This document shows, in pieces, positions 12,529 through 27,848 of a stretch of DNA of 64,000 bases. Under the pieces are notes generated by a model. The model had not been told where the DNA came from, did no database searches, and saw only the letters and a list, made by a program, of their open reading frames with translations. Positions within the stretch are counted from its first letter, which is position 1, and each line of letters begins with the position of its first letter. Made by a program: the position numbers and the translations under genes. This DNA comes from Lama glama (lineage: Eukaryota): positions 64,854,001 to 64,918,000 of the forward strand of contig CM052816.1 of the NCBI GenBank assembly GCA_028534125.1, written 5' to 3'.

Positions 12529-13380
12529 TACTTCTGCGGCTGTTAGAGACCTCGGTCGTTCCTGTTGTTGCGCGTAAACAGTGATGAGAGGACTATGGTT
12601 GTGGAAGAAAGTGGAGCATAAAATACAGATTACCTAATTACAGAGATTACCTGACTTCAAAAAATATCGAGCCATTATAAATATTTTCACAATACTCAGT
12701 GCTACTTTTAAAGGGTGCAAATCAATTAAAAATAATGAGACAGATATACAGTGGTGATGTTAACATGTTTATAATTCTTACAGAATTTAAGGGTATTTCC
12801 ATTTTTTTATTTGTTGTTTCTCATGCTGTTTATAAAATATTTGTGTGTGTGCATTCTAGTTACTGATGTCTTTGCAATTACCAAGACTTAAAAATAGTGT
12901 ATATACTTGAATAAGAAAGACACTGGGTGCTGTTACTGTGATGCTATTGGCTTAATAGCCCATTGTGATTTTCTCCTGTGTAAATCGTTTTTCATCACTG
13001 CACAAAGATTCTTAATGTTATATATTACCATGGCTATTTCTTTTATTGTGGATTTGTTGGATGCTGTGACCGATTTTACTAAAGCTGGTTCTTTTATGAC
13101 ATATATGTTGTTAGTTGGTGCTTACTTATAAGTGAACTTGATTTTCACCTGCCTGTGGTATAATTTCAGTCTTGGCTAAAGATGGAAAATTGAACTAGAT
13201 AAATTCTTTTGGTACCTTTAGCCCTGTGATTCTAAGTCAAATCTTTTGTTGTTTCATGAAAAACACAAATGGGTTAGGTTAAGGGAGAGTGCTTCCTTTA
13301 TAAATATATTTTCCCCAGCTTCCTCACTCTTTTGAAAGTAAATGGAATGTAAATAAATACCATTTTTTAAGACTGTACAT
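12529..13380 (+). other. DEPDC1B: DEPDC1B 3' UTR (probable extent)
   Basis: AT-rich sequence from the stop codon to the AATAAA at 13352, with no recognisable interspersed repeat. Confidence 0.6.
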
Positions 13381-13395
13381 GGTGTTTCTTTTTTG
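13352..13395 (+). terminator. Probable DEPDC1B polyadenylation signal with downstream GU/U-rich element
   Basis: AATAAA 13352-13357 followed about 25 nt later by ggtgtttcttttttg (13381-13395). Confidence 0.65.
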
Positions 13396-14838
13396 ACATT
13401 TATTTAGGTCACTTAGAGAGCATCCTCAAGTGCTAAACGTCATTGCCTTGGCCTGTGTTCTCAGTGTTCTCATATCAATCATTTATTTTTATGATAAAAT
13501 AAGAAGTGAGATTTGGGTTTTTGTACTGGACTTTAGGAGGTACTTTGCCCATGTCTTTTGCTTTGCTTTGCCCTCTTGCAAATAATGGTCCACTTAAATT
13601 ATGGAGCAGCTGGAAGGCTTCTGAGAGTGATTACCCAAAAAGCTAAGAGCAACACTCACTCATTGGCTTGCTCTGCCCTTGGGACTGATTTTTCCTTGCA
13701 CTTGAGATCTGCCCCTGCTCTTTTGTAGCAGAATGCCTCCTGCAATTGAGTCTGATTTTTGCTTCCTCAAAGATGAAATGAAGTATTCCTATTGGTTTGG
13801 GTACCACCTTATCTTGCAAATATAGAAAGTAATCGGAGATTTTTATTTCAGGACTCATTCTCAGCCTTGGAATTGTATTTAGAGCAAGGAATCAGTCTGC
13901 TTTCTGCTCTGTTTGTTGCCCAAGGTAGAATTTACTTCCCAGAGTCTCATTTTCTATTGCTTATTTTTGGACATAGATGTTAATTTTTTTCTTTATTTTT
14001 TTCTCTCTAAGTTTCCTTTTTTAAGCATAGCATATTTATGGAGATATAAAACATAACCAACTACATGTGAAGTTGAGGAGTGGTTCATACCAATTTTTCA
14101 AAGTGGCTGTGCCAGTTAACAGCCCACCAGCAGTGTGAAGAGTTCCTTTTGCTTAGCCCCTCACCGAAACTTGTTATTGTCAGAGTTTGAATTCTCAGTG
14201 TGGTGCGTGTATCTCATTATGGTTTTACTTTGCATTATTAATATGGCTGAAGACTTTTCCCACTTTTTTTTTTAACTTTTGTTCAAATCTTAATACCCAC
14301 TTGTCAAGACACACACAGAGTTCAGATTTTTATTTTGCTTGTGTTGAACCTATAAATCTATTTGGAGAGAATTGCTGTTTTTACAATATTAAGTCTTCTA
14401 GTCCTTGAAGATGGTTTATCCTTCCATTTATTTAGAAGAAATGAGAAAAAATGTAAATTTCTCTGTAAAGTTTTGTAAATCTTTTATTAAATCTTAAATT
14501 TGTTTCCAGGTATTTGATACTTAAAAAAAATGTCACTATCAAAAATTTCAAATACATGAGAAAGTAAAGATAATAGTGCCCACTGCTGGCTTCACTAGTT
14601 ATTCAACTGATAAATACCTTGATGTTTGATCCTATTGTAGATGGGGTTATTTTTAAATTTCCATTTTCTGTTTGTTGCTTATCCATAGTATAAGCTGGTT
14701 TTTTTGTGCGCTGATTTTTATACAACCTTGCTAGACTTTCCCATTCATTCTAAAAATCTTGTTTTATTCTTCTGGGTTTTCTCCATTCACCACGTAATAA
14801 GCAAATGATGACACTTTTTGTTTTTCATTTCTAGGGTT

Positions 14839-15413
14839 GACAGCATCTATAATGTCCCCAGTGATCCCTGCCTCTTGGTATTTATGCCTTGTGTAATCTC
14901 CTCTCCTTGAGTGTGGCTTGGATCTCGTGACACACTTCTAACAAAAAGAATATGGCAAAAGGGACGGGAGGGGCTACCGCCTTTGAGGTTAGATTCCAAA
15001 GACTCTGGCTTCCATCTTGCTTGCCCTATCTCTCTCCCTCTCTCCTTGGCTTGCTCTGAAGGAGGCCAGCTGCCCTCTTGTGAACTGCTCCATGGAGAGG
15101 CCCATCAGACAAGGAACTGACACCTCTGCCGAATAGCCAGCGAGGCCGTGAGGTCTGCCAACAGCTGCATGAGGGATCTCGGGAGTGGAGCTTCTGAAGC
15201 CAACAGCCACGTGAGGGATGTTCCAAGCGGATTCTCCCTTAGTCTACCCTGGAGATGGAGGCAGCCTCAGCTGACACCTTGACTGCAGCCTGCCAGACCT
15301 CATTAAAGCTGTGCCTGGATTCTGGTCTCACGGAAAGTATGAGGTAATCATATTTGTTGTTTTAAGCCATTTAATTCTGGGGTAATTTTTTATAAAGCAA
15401 TAGATTCAATACA
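14839..15413 (+). mobile_element. MaLR LTR (MLT1E/F-like)
   Basis: atccctgcctcttggtatttatgccttgtgtaatctcctctccttgagtgtgg start; tgttgttttaagcc...gcaatagat...ataca end. Confidence 0.8.
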
Positions 15414-15879
15414 CTTTGTTCTTCCCATTTCCTCTCTCCCTCCCTGCCTCCCTCCCCACCTTCCCCCCCCTTTTTTTTTAACCATTGTGAAATGTCACTC
15501 TTTATCTCTACTGATGCATTTGCTTCCAATCTTTCTGTGTTCTTATATTTTAGTTTTGTTTGTTATAAACAACATATAGTTGGATTATTTATTTATTTTG
15601 AATTTTTTTAAAAAAACGCAGTTCTGCTCATTGAGAGCTCATTACGTATTAGGCAATATGTTGAGCATTTTATACATGTGATCTCATTTAGTCTTTATGA
15701 TAACCCTTATGATGTCGGCATCACAAATCTCATTTTACAGAAACAAAATTAAGTGTAAACATACACATTCTCAGGTTTTCTCACGCATCACCTCCTGGGG
15801 GAATGCATCCATTTTGGGGACTACCACTCTAGACATTTCCTAATGCTTCCTTTATCTGTACCAAGAGATCCTTTATTTT

Positions 15880-17400
15880 ACTTTTTACTTTTTATTTTAA
15901 AAACTTTTGGCTTTAATTTTTATTTAATTTTTTATTTTTATTGAATGAAAGATCTTTAGATTCTATAGTGCTTTACAGTTTTCAAAAAGTTTCACAGACA
16001 TGATTTCATATAATCCCATAACCCTCTTCTCCCCCTCCCCCTATATTGCCCCTCCTCCCTTCCCTCTCCTATTTGGTAACCATTACTTTGTTCTCTGTAT
16101 CTGTGAGTCTGCTTTTTTGTTATATTCACTAGTTTGTTGTATTTTTTAGATTCTATACATAAGTGATATACAGTATTTGTCATTCTCTGTTTGACTTACT
16201 TTGCTTAGCATCATGCCTTCCAACTCCACCCATGTTGCTGCAAATGGCAAAATTTCATTCTTTTTTTGTGGCTGAGTAGTATTTTATGATATATGTACCA
16301 CATCTTCTTTATCCATTCATCTGTTGATGAACACTAGGTTGCTTCTGTACCTTGGCAATTATAAACAATGTGGTTGTGAACATTGAGGTGCATGTATCTT
16401 TTTGAATTAGCACTCTTATTATTATTTTTTTGGACACATACTCAGGAGTGGAGTTGCTGGATCATATGGTAGTTCTATTTTTAGTTTTTTGAGAAACCTC
16501 CATAATGTTTTCCACAGTGGCTGCACCAATTTACATTCCCACCAATGGTGTACTAGGATTCCCTCTTCTCCACATTCTGACTGACGTTTGTTATTTGTGT
16601 TCTTTTTGATGATAGCCATTCTGATGGGTGTGATGTGATATCTCATTGGAGTTTTGATTTGCATTTCCCTGGTGATTAGTAATGTTGAGCGTCTTTTCAG
16701 GTGACGATTGGACATCTACATTTCCTCTTTGGAAAAATGTGTATTCATTTCTCTAGTCAGTTTTAAATTGGATTGTTTGTTTTTTTGATGTTGAGTTGTA
16801 TGAGCTGTTTATATATGTTGGATATTAATCCCTTATCGGTCATATCATTTGCAAATATTTTCTCCCATTCAGCAGTTTTTTCCCTTTTGCCAATGGTTTC
16901 TTTTGCTGTGCAAAAGCTTTTAAGTTTAATTAGGTCCCATTTGTTTATTTTTGCTTTTATTTCCTTTGCTTTAGGAGACAAGTCCAAAAAAATATTGCTG
17001 TGATTTATGTCAAAGAGTGTCCTGTCTATGTTTTCCTCTTGGGGTTTTATAGGCTTGTGTCTTACATTTAGATCTTTAATTCATTTTGAGTTTATTTTTA
17101 TCTATGGTATTAGACAATGTTCCAATTTCAGTCTTTTACATGTAGCTGTCCAGTTTTCCCAGCACCGCTTATTGAAGAGACTGTCTTTTCTTCATTGTAT
17201 ATTCTTGTCTCCTTTGTTGTAGATAAATTGATTATAAGTGTGTGGGTTTATTTCTTGGCTTTCCATTCTGTTCCATTGATCTATGTATCTGTTTTTGTGC
17301 CAGTAACCACATTGTTTTGATTACTATGGCTTTGTAGTATAGTTTGAAGTCAGGGAGCATGATTCCTTCCATTCTGTGGGGTTTTTTTCCTCAAGATTTT
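15880..17400 (-). mobile_element. L1, 5'-truncated (ORF2 C-terminus plus 3' UTR)
   Basis: Minus ORFs 16422-16715 (REMQIKTPMRYH...[12 protein letters not shown]...IELPYDPA) and 16763-16987 ([21 protein letters not shown]) are L1 ORF2p C-terminal peptides; T-rich tail near 15880-15940. Confidence 0.92.
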
Positions 17401-18813
17401 TTGTCTGTTCAACTCTGCTTTTGAATCTCTAATTAAACATATTTTAGATCTTTTCTATCCTCTGTCTCTTACTTTCTAGCTTCCATATTTTTGTCTTTCA
17501 GTGATGCATTCTGGATAATTTCTTCATTCTTTCATTCATTTCAGCACTTCTCCCTCTAGGTATGTCTAGTCTCCTGTTAAATGCCTATATCCACTATTAT
17601 GCAATTTTTATCCGTTTTACAGCTCAGGAAACAGAGACTCAGTAAGACTGGGTAACTTCCCATCTTATAAGTAACATATAGTGGCCATCACAACCAGCTC
17701 TATCTGACTGCACAGACCAGCTCCTGATCAAGATGTTGCTATGTAAATTTCATCGTTTCCTAGTGAATCTAAGATTTAGTTAAAAATCTATTTACAATTT
17801 TTGCAGATTCCATCTTGGAGGCTTGCTAAATGAATTGTTTGCTTTGAGGATCTAGAATATATTCTGTTTTTCATAAACTGTGCCTGTTTCAGAACAAAAA
17901 ATAATATGTGTATTTGGCTAGGTTTACCCACTTTATAAAACCTCTTTTGGGGCTCGTCTGTCAAAACTGAGAAGATTCATAGTACTCAGAGCCTTTTCTA
18001 GAGAATGTAACACAAGTTACTCTCCCCTCCTCCAGCCCTGCCATCCCGCAACATTTTACATACTGCTGCCAGCGTCTCTCTGATAGTAAAGACCTGGTCG
18101 TCTTCTTGAGTAGTCTAGTAAAACTGAGACTTTTTTTTTTTTTTAAAGCAGAGGACTAAAGATTATTTTGTTTTCAGAAGAAATAACTAAACTAAACTGT
18201 AATTGATTTTTAAAAATTGAAGTACTTTTATTTTGATCAGTTGTAAGGCTAACCCTACATGGGAATAAAGAGGCCTTTTGCTCACTGTCTCCACTAAGAA
18301 CTTGTGACCTTTTGAAGGATCTTGGCAACAAACATTTAAGTGATAACTTACCAGGATTAGAGAACAATTTACTGCTAAAAATACTTTGCCAGGATAAAAT
18401 GTAATCTCTGACATTCTGAGAGCCCAGATTATCTCCAGTTACTGATATCTATATTTATGTTGCTATGTTTTAGAATCAGGTATGTTTTAGACTTAGTTAT
18501 TAAAAAAAAAAAGTCAAACCACGGGAGAGCTGTTTTGAAGATTAGAACCATGTGACTGAAAGCTATTTCACATGAGACCTTAAAACAGACTATAATAGGA
18601 GGCACAGAGGAAAATGACAAATAAAATCAGCCTTCTTGCTTACTGATTCTGCATAATTTATTGAATCTGGGTTTTTGTCCATATGCACTTTTGGCTTAGA
18701 AGACTTTTAAAAGCTTTTTGATACTTAGAAAAAAAATGTAAAACTTAAAAATAGACAATACAGAGTGGTCAAATCTGATTGGATAATACTGCTTCAGTGT
18801 TCTAACTCTTATC

Positions 18814-18922
18814 ATTTTTTTGAACTTTTTTTTATTGAGTTATACTCATTTTACAATGTTGTGTCAAATTCCAGTGTAGAGCACAATTTTTCAGTTATAC
18901 ATAAACATACATATATTCATTT
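18814..18922 (-). mobile_element. Young camelid L1 3' tip
   Basis: Same 3' end sequence as 981-1090. Confidence 0.8.
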
Positions 18923-19503
18923 GAAGCAATAGTTAACATTTAAAACATACACTGATATTATCTATAAATTTCTTAAAACTTTCTACTTATTAAAATACAA
19001 GTATAATTAGACACAATAACTGCTTAAAGATGATGAGGTTTTGATTTCGAAGAGTTCTTCTCTTACTCTTTCACAGAAAATGGAATTCAGTGATTTGTGA
19101 AGGCCCTAGGAGGTGTCTGGTTTAAACAACAATTTGGCTTTTCCCAAGTCATGGTCCGTTTAACAAGGATGGATGTTCCCAGTAGGGGTCAGTCTTGTGT
19201 TGGTAATTATTGTTCCAGAAGGAAAAACTAAGAATTTTATTTAAAAGTCAACTATATTCTGTATAAAGTAAGCCATTAATTATGGAAAGAAGAAACTTAA
19301 AAAATCAATCATCTCTGTTGCAACAAAGGTAACTGTGAGTAATATTATGACTCCTCTATTACCATATTTTCCCCCAGAAGCTTCAGAAGGCTCTATTGCT
19401 TGCTAAGTACTCTCCAAAAATTTGTCTATAAATGGTACAAATGAGCAGTTATCTAAATGCAGCAGAAGATATTTAGGGATAAATGACAGATTATTAGACT
19501 TTA

Positions 19504-20711
<1,208 letters not shown>

Positions 20712-21228
20712 TATTAGACTTTAAAGTGAAAAAAATTGCCTGCAAAATCGAGGTCAAGGAGACAAAAACCCCACAGAGGTAGGATAATTTTGTGCATGTC
20801 GGCCACTTGCCTTAGCTACCTTCTGCAGTGTGGGGATAATTATGCTTATTCCCTTTCCTTAAAATAAATCGTATTTTACTATTATTACTCAGACTAAGCT
20901 AATCTTTTGATCTCTAGACAAGCACTTTCTAATAAGTGAAGAGATGAAAGTCTGGGATAAAACATGTGTTTTCAAATAATGCCTTTGGGGTTGTTGATGT
21001 CAACATACTATACACAGCCAAACAAGCACAACCCAGAAACATCTTTGAGGATATTGAGATGGCCAGTGTCTTGGCAACAGCAGTGATGCCACGACCACTT
21101 GGAGGGGCTTTCATCAAACATGATTAAGCAAATACTGTATTTGCTATGCAAATACAACCTCAAGGCAAGACTTAGTCCCATCTTTCCAACCAGATTATTA
21201 CCTGAGGGTCCTTCCTAGCACCAGCATT

Positions 21229-21767
21229 TGTTAGAAATGAGAATATTTGCATTTTAAGTTCTAGCACTACTGAGGTGGTAAGCCCCATAAAAAGACAGGC
21301 AGGACCCCCAGGCAGGGCCACTACTCTACTGCCAGCACCATCTGGTTCCCTGGCCCAGAGGCTCTATCTCACTTTTTGTTTCTGAACCGGCTTACTTACC
21401 CCTAAAATTCTGTTGGTTCCCTGGGCTCACTTCTGATTGGTTATTTCCTTCACTCCTGATTGGTTATTTCTCTCCCTCCTGATTGGTCCATTTCTACAAA
21501 GCTTGTTCCTAATTAGTCAACTTTCATTATACCTCATTTGCAAATGATGTTGCAATTGTAAACTGGCAGCTTATAAAAGCCAGTGTAAAGCTACAGACGG
21601 GGTCCACAGCTTAGAGTGTTAACTCTTTTGGGCCTGCTGGTGTAATAAACCTGAGTTCTCCAATTCTCTGAGTGCTGCTTGAGCTCTTGCCCGGATCCAG
21701 GTTGCTGTCACAACTGAGTTGTAACACTGAGCTATAACACTGAGCTGTAACACATTTTTCCGCAACA
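21229..21767 (+). mobile_element. Solo LTR (ERV1-like); the 5' end could instead be 21271
   Basis: TG...CA ends; three inverted CCAAT boxes (ATTGG at 21436, 21459, 21482); TATAAAA 21572-21578; AATAAA 21644-21649; 13-bp tandem actgagctRtaac x3 in U5. Confidence 0.8.
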
Positions 21768-24469
21768 TTTCCAGTAAACAATTGGGCAGGTGGCCCTGAG
21801 CAAATCACAACCTTTCTGAGCTTTGGTTTGATTCTCAGTAAAGGGAAGGGATTGCATTTCAGTGGTCACAGTCTCTGGCGTCTTCCAGGGAGGATAAAAC
21901 TTACTGAGAGTGGAGACGCCAGTGGAGTGTGCAGGTCCGACAACAGAGTATTGGGTAACCAAAAACTAAAAATGTCCAATGCCCCATGTTGGTCAAACTA
22001 CGTGTAGAGATACCCATCTCTGGATTAGGTGATTTGTAAGATAGCTTACAGCTCTAGTGTTTTGTGGTTTTTTAAAACCATTTCCCACACTTCTCCCCTT
22101 ATTGCCTTGTGCTTAATTTCCTATCGACATCTCTTTTTTTTTTGTGAGTGGAATAGCTTCTAGTATCTGCAAGCTCAGTTCTGAATGAAATAGGAGAAAG
22201 CTGATCAGGGTAGGTGTAACGTCAATGCTAATGCATCGTGAAATAGCTTGTCATAATGTGCCTAACTTAACTTGAGCTGCCATTTGCCTCTGTTTGGATT
22301 ATTATATCAGTTGGTTTAATCCACAATAGAAAATAGAAGTTTTCCTTCATTAGTGTCAATATTTGTATGTTATGTGCCTGTACCCATTTCATCAAAAGTT
22401 GATAAAATACCCAAGAATTTTTGGTAGTCATTGTGCCACCTAAATTGCTGCAGTCAACTTTTAGTCTCCTTACGTAAGTTTATTTTCACTAGCAGGTAGC
22501 ATTTTACCTACATCCTCCTGTTGGTTAGACGAAAACGAATAATACTTTTCATTCCAAAAATACTTTGTATAGTGATTTCATTGTATCCTCTGACTTTCAA
22601 ATCCCAGTGGGCAGACAGACAGAGATGAGGAAGCTGAGGTCCAGAGAGGTACCCAGTTACAAATGCAAAACTTTAACTCTGTTCTTTTCTCTGATGATCT
22701 GGTGCCACTCCACTTCACCACACTACATCCTGTCACTGTCAGGTGAGGTATGTGGGCTTTGTCCAAGCAAATCTGTGAAAGAGGGGGCTTATTTTTGGTT
22801 CCGCATATCCTTCATCTGTGCCTCTTCTTTCTTATTGGGGTCCTTTCTCTTCATCCCTCACCTCCTGGGCTGTGCATATGTGTTTACTGAGCATCAGTTT
22901 TGTATGAGACACCTTCTAGGAGCTGCTGAAACAGTTCAGTGCTTGCGTAGGGGTCACGTCGGGGTCACCACTATGACGGTGACTTTTGCCTTCAGCATAA
23001 CTTACCTGGTTCTGCACTACATTTCTTCGTGAAGAGTGGGCAGCCATCCAAATAGAGCTCTTTCACTTATTAATTTTTTTTTCTTTTAGAGCAGTAATAT
23101 GGCAGGCCCTAGGTTGAGCAATGAAGGAGGAAGAAAGATGGCTTCAACTCTGGAAAGACCTTAGCCCAGTGAGGAAGATGCCTACATGTAACTCTCGATG
23201 ATGACCTCAGAACCACAGAGCCCGGCAGAATGTAAGGGGCCCAGAGGAGAGAAAGGCAATTTCTCCAGGGCAGTTGGAAGGATATGGACAGTGTCCCTCG
23301 GCAGCTAATATTTAAGCTGAGTCTTGAAGAACCTGTCCACCAGCAAGGAAGTCAGGGCAGAGGACATTTCCTCAGTGAGCAGCATGAAATTAGGCTGTAG
23401 TGGCAACTATAAATAATTCCATACTGTCCAGATAGCACTGATATTTGAATAGAGAGTCTTAAATGACTTTATCTAAAGGAATAAATAAAGAATGTACAGA
23501 TGGCCAGGGAAATTATTTCAAGTGAGGAGTATTATGGCATCTCTCAAATAACATCTCCAAGGTAGCTCCTCTTCTTATTCTAGCCCAGTGGGTCCGGATT
23601 CCAGTGCTCTTTGGAATCAACTTTTCTCCTTTTTCAGTTACTGCTACATCATGTTGTCTTTTTCCCCATTGTCACAGGGCAAGCCAGTGTTCGTTTGTAC
23701 CGATGCATGTCCAAAGGCTGCAAAAAATTTGTGTTGATGAACCTTCCTTGTGCTTTATTTAAAAGGGTGATCCTTTTTATTTGCCCATTTCTATTTTTCC
23801 ATCAACAGCCTGTTAGTCCATGCCTCTGGGTCTATTCTGTTCCATTTCATAACATTTGATGAATGTTAGAACTGGCTCTGCAAATGCATTGCCTTAATCT
23901 TGTTGCCTGCAGTGAGACGCTTTTAATATTTTCTCCACATGTGAACTCAGGGTTTTCCTTTGCTTTTCTTTAATTTCCATGCGGTTAATCCCCTACTACT
24001 GCAGGGAGCCTGGGTATTTATAGATTTTTTCCTTTCACTCTATCTTCAGTAATTTGCTTTTTACATTCATTGAACACATCCATCACAATAAATGGTCCTT
24101 TCCCTATTTGTATTGACTTGCATTTATATGAACCAGGCTCCCTTTTTATATCATTATTAATGTTCACGGTAATTTTCAGTAGCTTGAGAAGTTGGATATT
24201 AAAGCTGGCACAGAGCTTCAAGTTGTCTTGTTAGATCAAGTGACTCATTTCATGACACCTGGTTTCAAGTTTTATCATTAAGTAAAAACCAAGGTTATGT
24301 GTTTTTTTTTCTTAGTTGACAATATAAAATGAGAGTATTAAATAAGCATCTCTGAATTACTCCTCATTTCATTAAAATGTTCTCGGCTTGATAGCCTTGT
24401 GTGTACCAAAAGATGCACAATGTTCCCTTTACCAATGTGGAATATTTTTAAAGTCAAAAGCCCAGTTTT

Positions 24470-24548
24470 GGGAGGGTATAGTTAAGTGGTAGAGCACATG
24501 CCTAGCTTGCACAAGGTTCAATCCCCAGTACCTCCGCTACAAATACAT
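24470..24548 (+). mobile_element. tRNA-Ala-derived camelid SINE (internally deleted)
   Basis: gggagggtatagttaagtggtagagcacatgcctagc...gttcaatccccagtacctcc; imperfect TSD aaaagcccagtttt / aaaaacccaatttt. Confidence 0.8.
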
Positions 24549-24974
24549 AAAAACCCAATTTTATAAGCTTTTATAGCCACTAGTAGATAGAAATAGGGGT
24601 GTGAGTTATAAGCAGCTTACAATGGTCATACTTAGATGCTATGGCATTCTGATAGCTCAATTTATTTTGACAGAGTCTAGAATGATGTAGTTCTATAACT
24701 CACTATTCTTTTAATATAAGGTAATTTTTTTCTATCACTATGCACGTCATGGGTTTGCAGATGGTAGGAACGGATATAATTGGCAGAGCTTACATTGCTG
24801 TTCCTTAGGCAATACCAAACTGCGTTCTAGAGATCATCAAACTTTCTGTAGCTTGTGCAGTTTTCTCAAAAAACATCCTAAGAACCCCCTGAACCAGCCA
24901 TTCTGCTGTAAGACAGAGTCTTGTGCGTTCCTTTTACCAAACGTTTTGATTGTTCAGCCACCTCTTCTGGTATC

Positions 24975-25112
24975 AATAGAATTTCCATGATTCAGTTTCT
25001 CTGAAACTAGGGTACATCTTGCAAATGATTATGTGTCACAGTTTAATTAGTAGCATTTAAAAAATTTTTAGTGGCACAAAATTAATGGTGTCCTACACTC
25101 GACAAAATGTGG
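24975..25112. mobile_element. MER104-like Tc2/mariner DNA transposon relic
   Basis: catcttgcaaatgattatgtgtcacagtttaattagtagcatt...tagtggcacaaaattaatggtg resembles the recalled MER104. Confidence 0.5.
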
Positions 25113-25139
25113 CATTTTATTTCTCTCTCCTTTAAGTGG

Positions 25140-25812
25140 TTTGCTGAGTTATGATTGACATATAAAAAGCTGTACAGTTTTAATGCATATAATTTTATGG
25201 GTTTGGAGATAAGTGTACATTCATGAAACCAGCGCCACATCTAAGCCGTAGACATCCATCACCTGCGAAACTTTCCTCCTGCCCTCTTTATTTAATGTTC
25301 TGTGTGTATGATAAGAACACTTAACATCAGCTCTGCCCTCTTAGCAAGTATTTAAGTGTAGAATACAGTATTACCTATCGGCCCTGTACTGTCCAGTAGC
25401 TAAGACTTACTCAGCTTGCATAACTGAAACTTTGTACCCTTTGACTAATGCCTCCCCATTTTCTCCTCCCCTGACCTGAGCCCCTGATAACCACCATTCT
25501 ACTGCCTGCTTCTTTTGAGTTTGACTTGTAGATTTCACATCTGAGTGGTATCATATGGGATTTGTCCTTCTGTGTCTGGCTTATTTCACACCATGTCCTC
25601 CAGGTTTATCCTTGTTGTCACAAATGGCAAGATTTCCTTCTTTTAAGGCTGAACACTATTCCATTGTATGTTTATACTGCATCTTCATCTATTCTTCCAT
25701 CAGTGGACACTTAGATTGTTCCCATATCTTGGCCATTGTGAATAATGCTTCAGTGAACAAGGGAGTGCAGCTGTCTATTTGAGATCCTGAATTCAATTCC
25801 TTTGGATATATT
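25140..25812 (-). mobile_element. Older L1 (L1MA/MB-like) 3' region
   Basis: tgcataactgaaactttgtaccctttgac...ttttaaggctgaa...tattccattgt...gtggacacttagattgttcccatatcttgg. Confidence 0.8.
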
Positions 25813-26867
25813 TGTATTTTCTAAGGAAAGGTATTTATGGTCTCAGTGACTTTGTCTGTTTATTGAGTAAGCATTCCTCAGTGTTCTCTGAGAGCTTGCT
25901 TCTTTTTTGTTCCGATCTTTCTTATACAAGTTTATCTTCCAACTTGTTCATTTATTCATTCATTCTCTTCAGTTAATGAAAGTTAAGCATTTAACAAAGG
26001 TAAAATATTTTAAAGTATGCTATGTACTCCTCTCTCTTGAATTTCTATGTATGTGACTTTATTCCTGGTCAGGTTGAGACATCTTTCTGTAGCGGGGTGT
26101 GGGGAAATGAGAAATTACAGCACTAAGAGTGGGATTAGGGTTTTGATAACAAGAATGCAAAGAAAAGGGTCAGCATTCAGTTTTTAATTACAATGGGATG
26201 TTTTTAAGTAGTGCTGGTGGCGTGAAAATCTTGACTGTTAAGAGAAGAATTTTTTGAATTTCTTTAAGGCCCCGAAACATACTAAAAGACAGATTTGGTA
26301 GGGCTAGATCAGAGACCTTCTTTCAGAGTCCAGAGGGTTTGATTCCTCTAGAAAGAAGGATTTGGATTAGAGCAGGTAGAGGCTTTCCCCTTTTGGTCCC
26401 ATGGGATAATGATTCCTGTTTTTTTCCTTAAAGTCCTTTCTTTCCCCCTTCTCAGGACTGTGAGTCAAATGGAGAGCGTATGGAAACATCAGGAAAGGCA
26501 TGGAGGAATCTGAGAACATTTGAGCCAGTGCTCTGCTCCCGTCAAAGCATGAAGGAGGCCAAGGACTCTAGTTCTTGGTCAACATAAGCCTGTCACTCTG
26601 GGCATGACCAGTGCGGTGTGGGAGTCACCTCGGCGAAAGCTGGGGGTGAGAGGCTGTGCTCCTGGCTCCAGGGCCTGTGCTTGGTGTGCAGGGGATCATG
26701 CTGGGAGCCTTCCAGCCTCAGAGATGCTATAGGGGCCAGTGGACCAGAACAGGTCTGCTCCAAGTGAAGAGACTACAGTGGGAGGAGCCTTTAAGAGCAG
26801 AGACCAGGATTACAGTTTCTGGCATAGAAACTGCCTGCTTACAGGCAGAATCGAATAGTTGCAACAA

Positions 26868-27020
26868 TGATCATATGTGTGTGTATATGTATAACTGAAT
26901 CACTTTGCTGTATACCTGCAACTAAACATTGTAAATCAATTACACTTCAATAATTTTTTTTTTCAAAATGACCTCAAAAACAAAACAAAACAAAATAAAA
27001 CAAAAACAAGAACAAAATCA
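26868..27020 (+). mobile_element. L1 3' tip with A-rich (CAAAA)n tail
   Basis: tatatgtataactgaatcactttgctgtatacctg...acattgtaaatcaattacacttcaataa. Confidence 0.7.
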
Positions 27021-27229
27021 AATGGCCTACGAGACCTAAAATATTAATAGTCTGGTCCTTCACAGAAAAATTCCAATTCCTGCTGTAGGAAATTCTGAAT
27101 TTTAAAATTGTAGTCATAAATATGCTTTAGTGCTTGATCTCAGACAGTTCAAGTTACTAATGACTTATAGGAAGACATAGAAGAATGCATCATTTAATTT
27201 GATGATTTATTAGACAAAAAATTGAATAT

Positions 27230-27568
27230 TCTTATTTTGGCTGCTGTAGAGTCAGGTGACTTAAAGAGAAAAAATTTATCTCTCATAGTTCAGGAGGCTG
27301 GGAAGTCCAAGATCAAGGTGCTGGCAGATCTGGTGTCTGGTGAGAGCTTCCAGGCTTGCAGACTGCCAACTTCCCGTGTCCTCACATGGTAAAAAGAAAG
27401 TTAGCCCGCTCTCTGGCCTTTTCTTATAAGGGCACTAATTGCATTCACGAGGGTGGGCCTCCCCCAGTTAATTACCTTCCAGAGGCCTACCTCCTAATAC
27501 AGTCACATTGGAATTAGCGTTTCAACATACGAATTTTGTTGGGGGACACAAAAATTCAGTCTGCAACA
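27230..27568 (-). mobile_element. MaLR LTR (MLT1A/B-like)
   Basis: aatttatctctcatagttcaggaggctgggaagtccaagatcaaggtgctggcagat...tttcaacatacgaattttg. Confidence 0.8.
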
Positions 27569-27848
27569 TGAATAATGTAGAAATCACATATATTCTGAAT
27601 TAAACTGATTAATCTCAATTTGGAAAAGAGGAGAAGCAAAGAGACAGAATCAAATCCAGAGCTAACAGTGACCAGAAAAGCCCTACATTTTATCATTTAT
27701 TGAGTTCCAGACTGAATCAGTATTATTGTAATGAAAAAATGGAAGGGCTATATTGTGAAAAAGCATATATCACTGTGACAGTTAAAAGGACTCATTTTAT
27801 TAAATGTATGTATATATGGTTTAAATGAAAATGTGGTAGGTATTTGTT

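Noticed and set aside
16422..16987. ORFs with protein-like sequence
   Set aside because: Fragments of L1 ORF2p, frameshifted and 5'-truncated.
18190..19490. AT-rich stretch possibly from an ERV1 (MER4-group) internal region; similar at about 33600-34040
   Set aside because: The resemblance is too vague to assign a family or boundaries without RepeatMasker.
22565..23032. 155-aa ORF
   Set aside because: TTG start, overlaps MIR- and L2-like fragments, and shows no recognisable domain or exon structure.
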